DNA of 59,919 nt, counting the filler, from Malassezia furfur (lineage: Eukaryota): NCBI GenBank assembly GCA_052055015.1. It is 7 parts of 7 records of this genome, joined end to end, with 100 filler letters (N's around TTAATTAATTAA, not from the genome) between each part and the next. Parts side by side here need not be neighbours in the genome. Positions count along the whole stretch, not along the records: positions 51,559 to 59,919 come from JBQJIT010000461.1; 6 more parts are not named here. One strand, written 5' to 3'. Below the pieces are notes generated by a model that did not search any database, was not told the DNA's origin, and saw nothing but the letters and a program-made list of their open reading frames with translations. A program made the position numbers and the translations under genes. Shown here in pieces: positions 57,003 to 59,919 of the stretch (position 1 is the first letter of the stretch; each line of letters starts with the position of its first letter).

Positions 57003-58052
57003 TTAAAACTGCAGGATGCTCGAGTCAAACTTGTACAGCGGCCACTCGGTGCGGCCGCCGTGCGAGCCCTCGCTGAAGAAGGCGCTGCTACCGTACACAC
57101 CCTGCTGGTTGCCCTGGTAGTAGTCGGTGATGCCCGTGAAGCCGCTGTTCGCCAGCTCGTCACGGCGCGTCTTCTTGATCGAAGCCGACTTCCAGTTGTC
57201 CGTGGTGTGGAACGAGATGGCGTACGGGGCGCGCGCACCCACCAGCACCGACTTGCCGTTCACCGGCACGTAGGCAATCTTTTCCGTGCCCTCGAGCGTG
57301 CCAAAGTTGCCGTTGATGTTGACGGCATGCGGCTGCGGGTTGCTGCTGCTGGGGTTGAACGCAGTGAGCGCGCGTGGGCCACCGAACGCCAGCAGGCGGT
57401 TCGTCGCAGGGTCGAACGTAATACCGGTGTAGCCGGGGCGCTGGCCGCCGTTGCCCTTTTCAAACGCCCACGCCGACGCCTTGCCGTCGTGCGTGAACTT
57501 GGCAATGGCCGGAGCGCCCAGCGCAAAGATCACGTACGAGTTGCCGTCGTTGTCCTGCGCCGAGTCGACAATGCCAAACGGACGCACGCCGTGCTGCTGC
57601 TCAAACTGGTCCTGGACGCTGTTGATGTCCACCGACCACACGGGCTTGCTGCTCTCGCTGAGGGGCAGGTCGAACGCGTGGAAAGACGAGGGGCCGCTGT
57701 TCGACTGGTCCGCAAAGTTGAACGCCTTGGAGTTCTTCGCGACGGCGTACAGGCGCTTGGCGTTGTTGTGCGTCGAGAGCGACAGACCCGACATCTGCTG
57801 GTCGCCGTTGCCCGACGAGGAGAGGCCATCGATGTGCACGTTGAAGTGCGTCTTGCGCTTCGGGTCCCACACGGCGATCTGGCCCTTCCACAGGTTGGAC
57901 AGGTAGAAGAGCTGACGCGTGCGGTCGTACGCAAGGTCCTCGGGCGAGAGGTTCTTGATGTTGATCTCAATCGGATCAGGCAGCGCGGCGAGCACTGCAG
58001 TGCAGGCGCACACGAGCGCAATCACAGCCGAGTAAAACACAGCGCTACGCAT
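57003..58052 (-). CDS. Secreted allergen Mala s 1 homologue (beta-propeller)
   Basis: Signal peptide, LPDPI..KNLSPED..YDRTRQ, QQMSGLSL, GNGGQRPGYTGITFDP, LVGARAPYAISF. Matches the recalled Mala s 1 sequence along its length. Confidence 0.9.
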   Translation of the reverse strand: MRSAVFYSAVIALVCACTAVLAALPDPIEINIKNLSPEDLAYDRTRQLFYLSNLWKGQIAVWDPKRKTHFNVHIDGLSSSGNGDQQMSGLSLSTHNNAKRLYAVAKNSKAFNFADQSNSGPSSFHAFDLPLSESSKPVWSVDINSVQDQFEQQHGVRPFGIVDSAQDNDGNSYVIFALGAPAIAKFTHDGKASAWAFEKGNGGQRPGYTGITFDPATNRLLAFGGPRALTAFNPSSSNPQPHAVNINGNFGTLEGTEKIAYVPVNGKSVLVGARAPYAISFHTTDNWKSASIKKTRRDELANSGFTGITDYYQGNQQGVYGSSAFFSEGSHGGRTEWPLYKFDSSILQF

Positions 58053-58594
58053 CGTTGGAAGACGATGGGAGTCAACAGCGGCCCGTCGGCGTGGCTAAAT
58101 ACGCGAAACTCTACTCTGGCATCGGAGGCCCGAGGCGCTTACTCATTTGGGTCCGTGGGCGTCGACAATCCAGCCTCTGCGTGTCGCGCGGCGTTTGTTT
58201 GTCCCTCCTGCAGCTGACATACACCGCTATGCATAATGCACGACCGGTACGTGCCACGCCACTGCGCATCCCACGTGATCCCTCCACTGGGCGCCCACAT
58301 GGGGGGGTGCCTGCCAATCTGATGCGGATCTGCATATCGCCGGACGCGCCGGAATGCCTGGGGCGGGGCCAAGCGAATGCGAAACTGCACGCACGCCTCG
58401 GCGCGGAGGTCCGCAGATGAAAATCTCGAATTTGCCCCTGATCGACACGACAGGCTGTCTCGGCATGTGCTATCTCACCGACATGTAATACCGAGCGTCG
58501 GAGGGTTATTTTGGCCCGGTCTCGGCGATCTTGGCTTATAAGCCGCTACACTAGACCCTGGACATACACATCCTTCCTTCCCTTGCCCATTAAC

Positions 58595-59146
58595 ATGCTG
58601 TCCTTCAAGACGATCCTCTCGGCAGCCGTGGCCCTGGGCCTCATCTCGGTGGTGTCGGCGGCTCCTCAGGAGCTCACCCGCCGCGCTTCGCCTAGCAAGC
58701 AGGTCTGGGTCACCAGCGCTTCGGACCACTGCCTGATCCTGCCCAAGAACCGTCAGACGATCGGCGACAGCGAGCACCCCGGCGGCATGAAGTCGTACTG
58801 CACCAAGCCTTACTCGTCGGAGCAGGGCAAGCTCAACTCGGGCTTCTGGTCCGAGGTGCACTTCAAGAAGACGGACAAGTACGCCCAGCTCACCGGCTGC
58901 ATCAACCCCAAGGTGCAGAGCACGCTCGTGTCGAACGACGACGGTGGCCAGTACGACTCGAACGGCGGTGACGGCGGCAAGGGCAACCCGCGCGGCTCGG
59001 TCTGCCTTGGCTACGCTTCGTATGTCGAGATTGTCGAGCCCAGGGACCGCCGCGCCTGCATTCGCTGCTGCCACAACCCGGCGGACTGCGACATTAGCAA
59101 CGACGAGGCTGGCTGCCCTGCGGTCATCCCCGGCAAGTACTGCTAA
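58595..59146 (+). CDS. Secreted Cys-rich allergen, Mala s 8 homologue
   Basis: Signal peptide, ELTRR Kex2-like site, QVWVTSASDHCLILP, QLTGCINP, DDGGQYDSNGG, ACIRCC, AVIPGKYC. Confidence 0.8.
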   Translation: MLSFKTILSAAVALGLISVVSAAPQELTRRASPSKQVWVTSASDHCLILPKNRQTIGDSEHPGGMKSYCTKPYSSEQGKLNSGFWSEVHFKKTDKYAQLTGCINPKVQSTLVSNDDGGQYDSNGGDGGKGNPRGSVCLGYASYVEIVEPRDRRACIRCCHNPADCDISNDEAGCPAVIPGKYC

Positions 59147-59814
59147 GTGCCTGCATGACGAGTTCTTTTTTTCCTATTTTCTTTTCTTTGGAAAAACTGT
59201 TTCATTCATTCAAGTTCATCCTTGGTTGACTCTTGGCGCACTGTTAAATGTTGTTGGACGCTAAGACCTTCTTTCCCCTGTTGCATTTTCGACCATGTGT
59301 TGGTGACTGTACATATCTGTAGCGGTGTCACGCAGCCAAAAACGTTGTTTAGTTTGTTGTTCCTCTAATCGTTATTTGCTTCTTCCGCGTGCTGTGGTTT
59401 GTGCTCGGACCCGCAAGGGGCGAGGCGGGGGATCGGCGTGGGCTCCGAACCATTCGTGCGGGGCCAGTGTCCCACGGCCTGGCGCACGCGCACTGGCGTG
59501 TTCTTCCGCGCGTGTGCGGAGCACCTGGGGCCGGGTGTCGTGTGGAGCCATGATGTAAGCATGCATAGGGGTGAAGAAGCGGGACCAATCATTGTTGCCA
59601 TATGCAGTCGCACCGTGCACGCATCTACACGTGGATGTCCTTGGAACGCGCTGGCCATTTGTGGCCAATGCGCGTGGGGGTGGGTGGGAAGAAGACCGGT
59701 GTCGGAAGACTCATACGTTTTGGGTGGGCTGCCGCGGCTTGGCTTTTCACCATCAGGATCCTAGTACGAGCCGCGCTCGCACTCACTAGACGGTCCTTTC
59801 ATACTCGAACAATC

Positions 59815-59919
59815 ATGGCGTACGTATCCCGTGTTCTATGAAGTGTGCATACTAACACCGTGCACAGTGATTCCGCCGTTCTCGGTTTCCCTCGCATTGG
59901 TCCTCAGCGTGAGGTGAAG
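59815..59919 (+). CDS. MET6: 5' end of cobalamin-independent methionine synthase
   Basis: Splicing 59820-59867 (GTACGT..TACTAAC..CAG) gives MADSAVLGFPRIGPQREVK. Confidence 0.88.

Overview
Eukaryotic, GC-rich, extremely gene-dense fungal DNA. It is almost certainly Malassezia (Mala s 1- and Mala s 8-type allergen genes), plausibly a hybrid M. furfur-type strain. The window is not one locus: it is seven separate ~8.4-8.7 kb contigs in descending length order, joined by artificial 100-nt N44-TTAATTAATTAA-N44 linkers, so gene order across linkers means nothing. About 50 protein-coding genes or gene fragments (mostly housekeeping, 10 of them in one duplicated block) and one intron-containing tRNA-Ser(UGA) were read out. 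Many genes are missed or broken in the ORF track because of tiny introns. Main observations: (1) contig 43082-51458 is a whole-contig fold-back of two diverged but intact copies of a PIB1-RPL29-NNF1-MDM12 block, joined inside a truncated gene. (2) About 51 hand-called spliceosomal introns, two thirds of them 21-25 nt and none below 21 nt. (3) The one long intron (RPL29, ~410-430 nt) carries an end-to-end RNA stem, with a compensatory base change between the two copies, that would bring it close to short-intron geometry. (4) Divergent promoters of only 41-91 nt share a CTCCAC motif. (5) Two secreted allergen genes sit head-to-head. No CRISPR array or transposon was seen. All homology calls rest on recognised motifs, not database searches.
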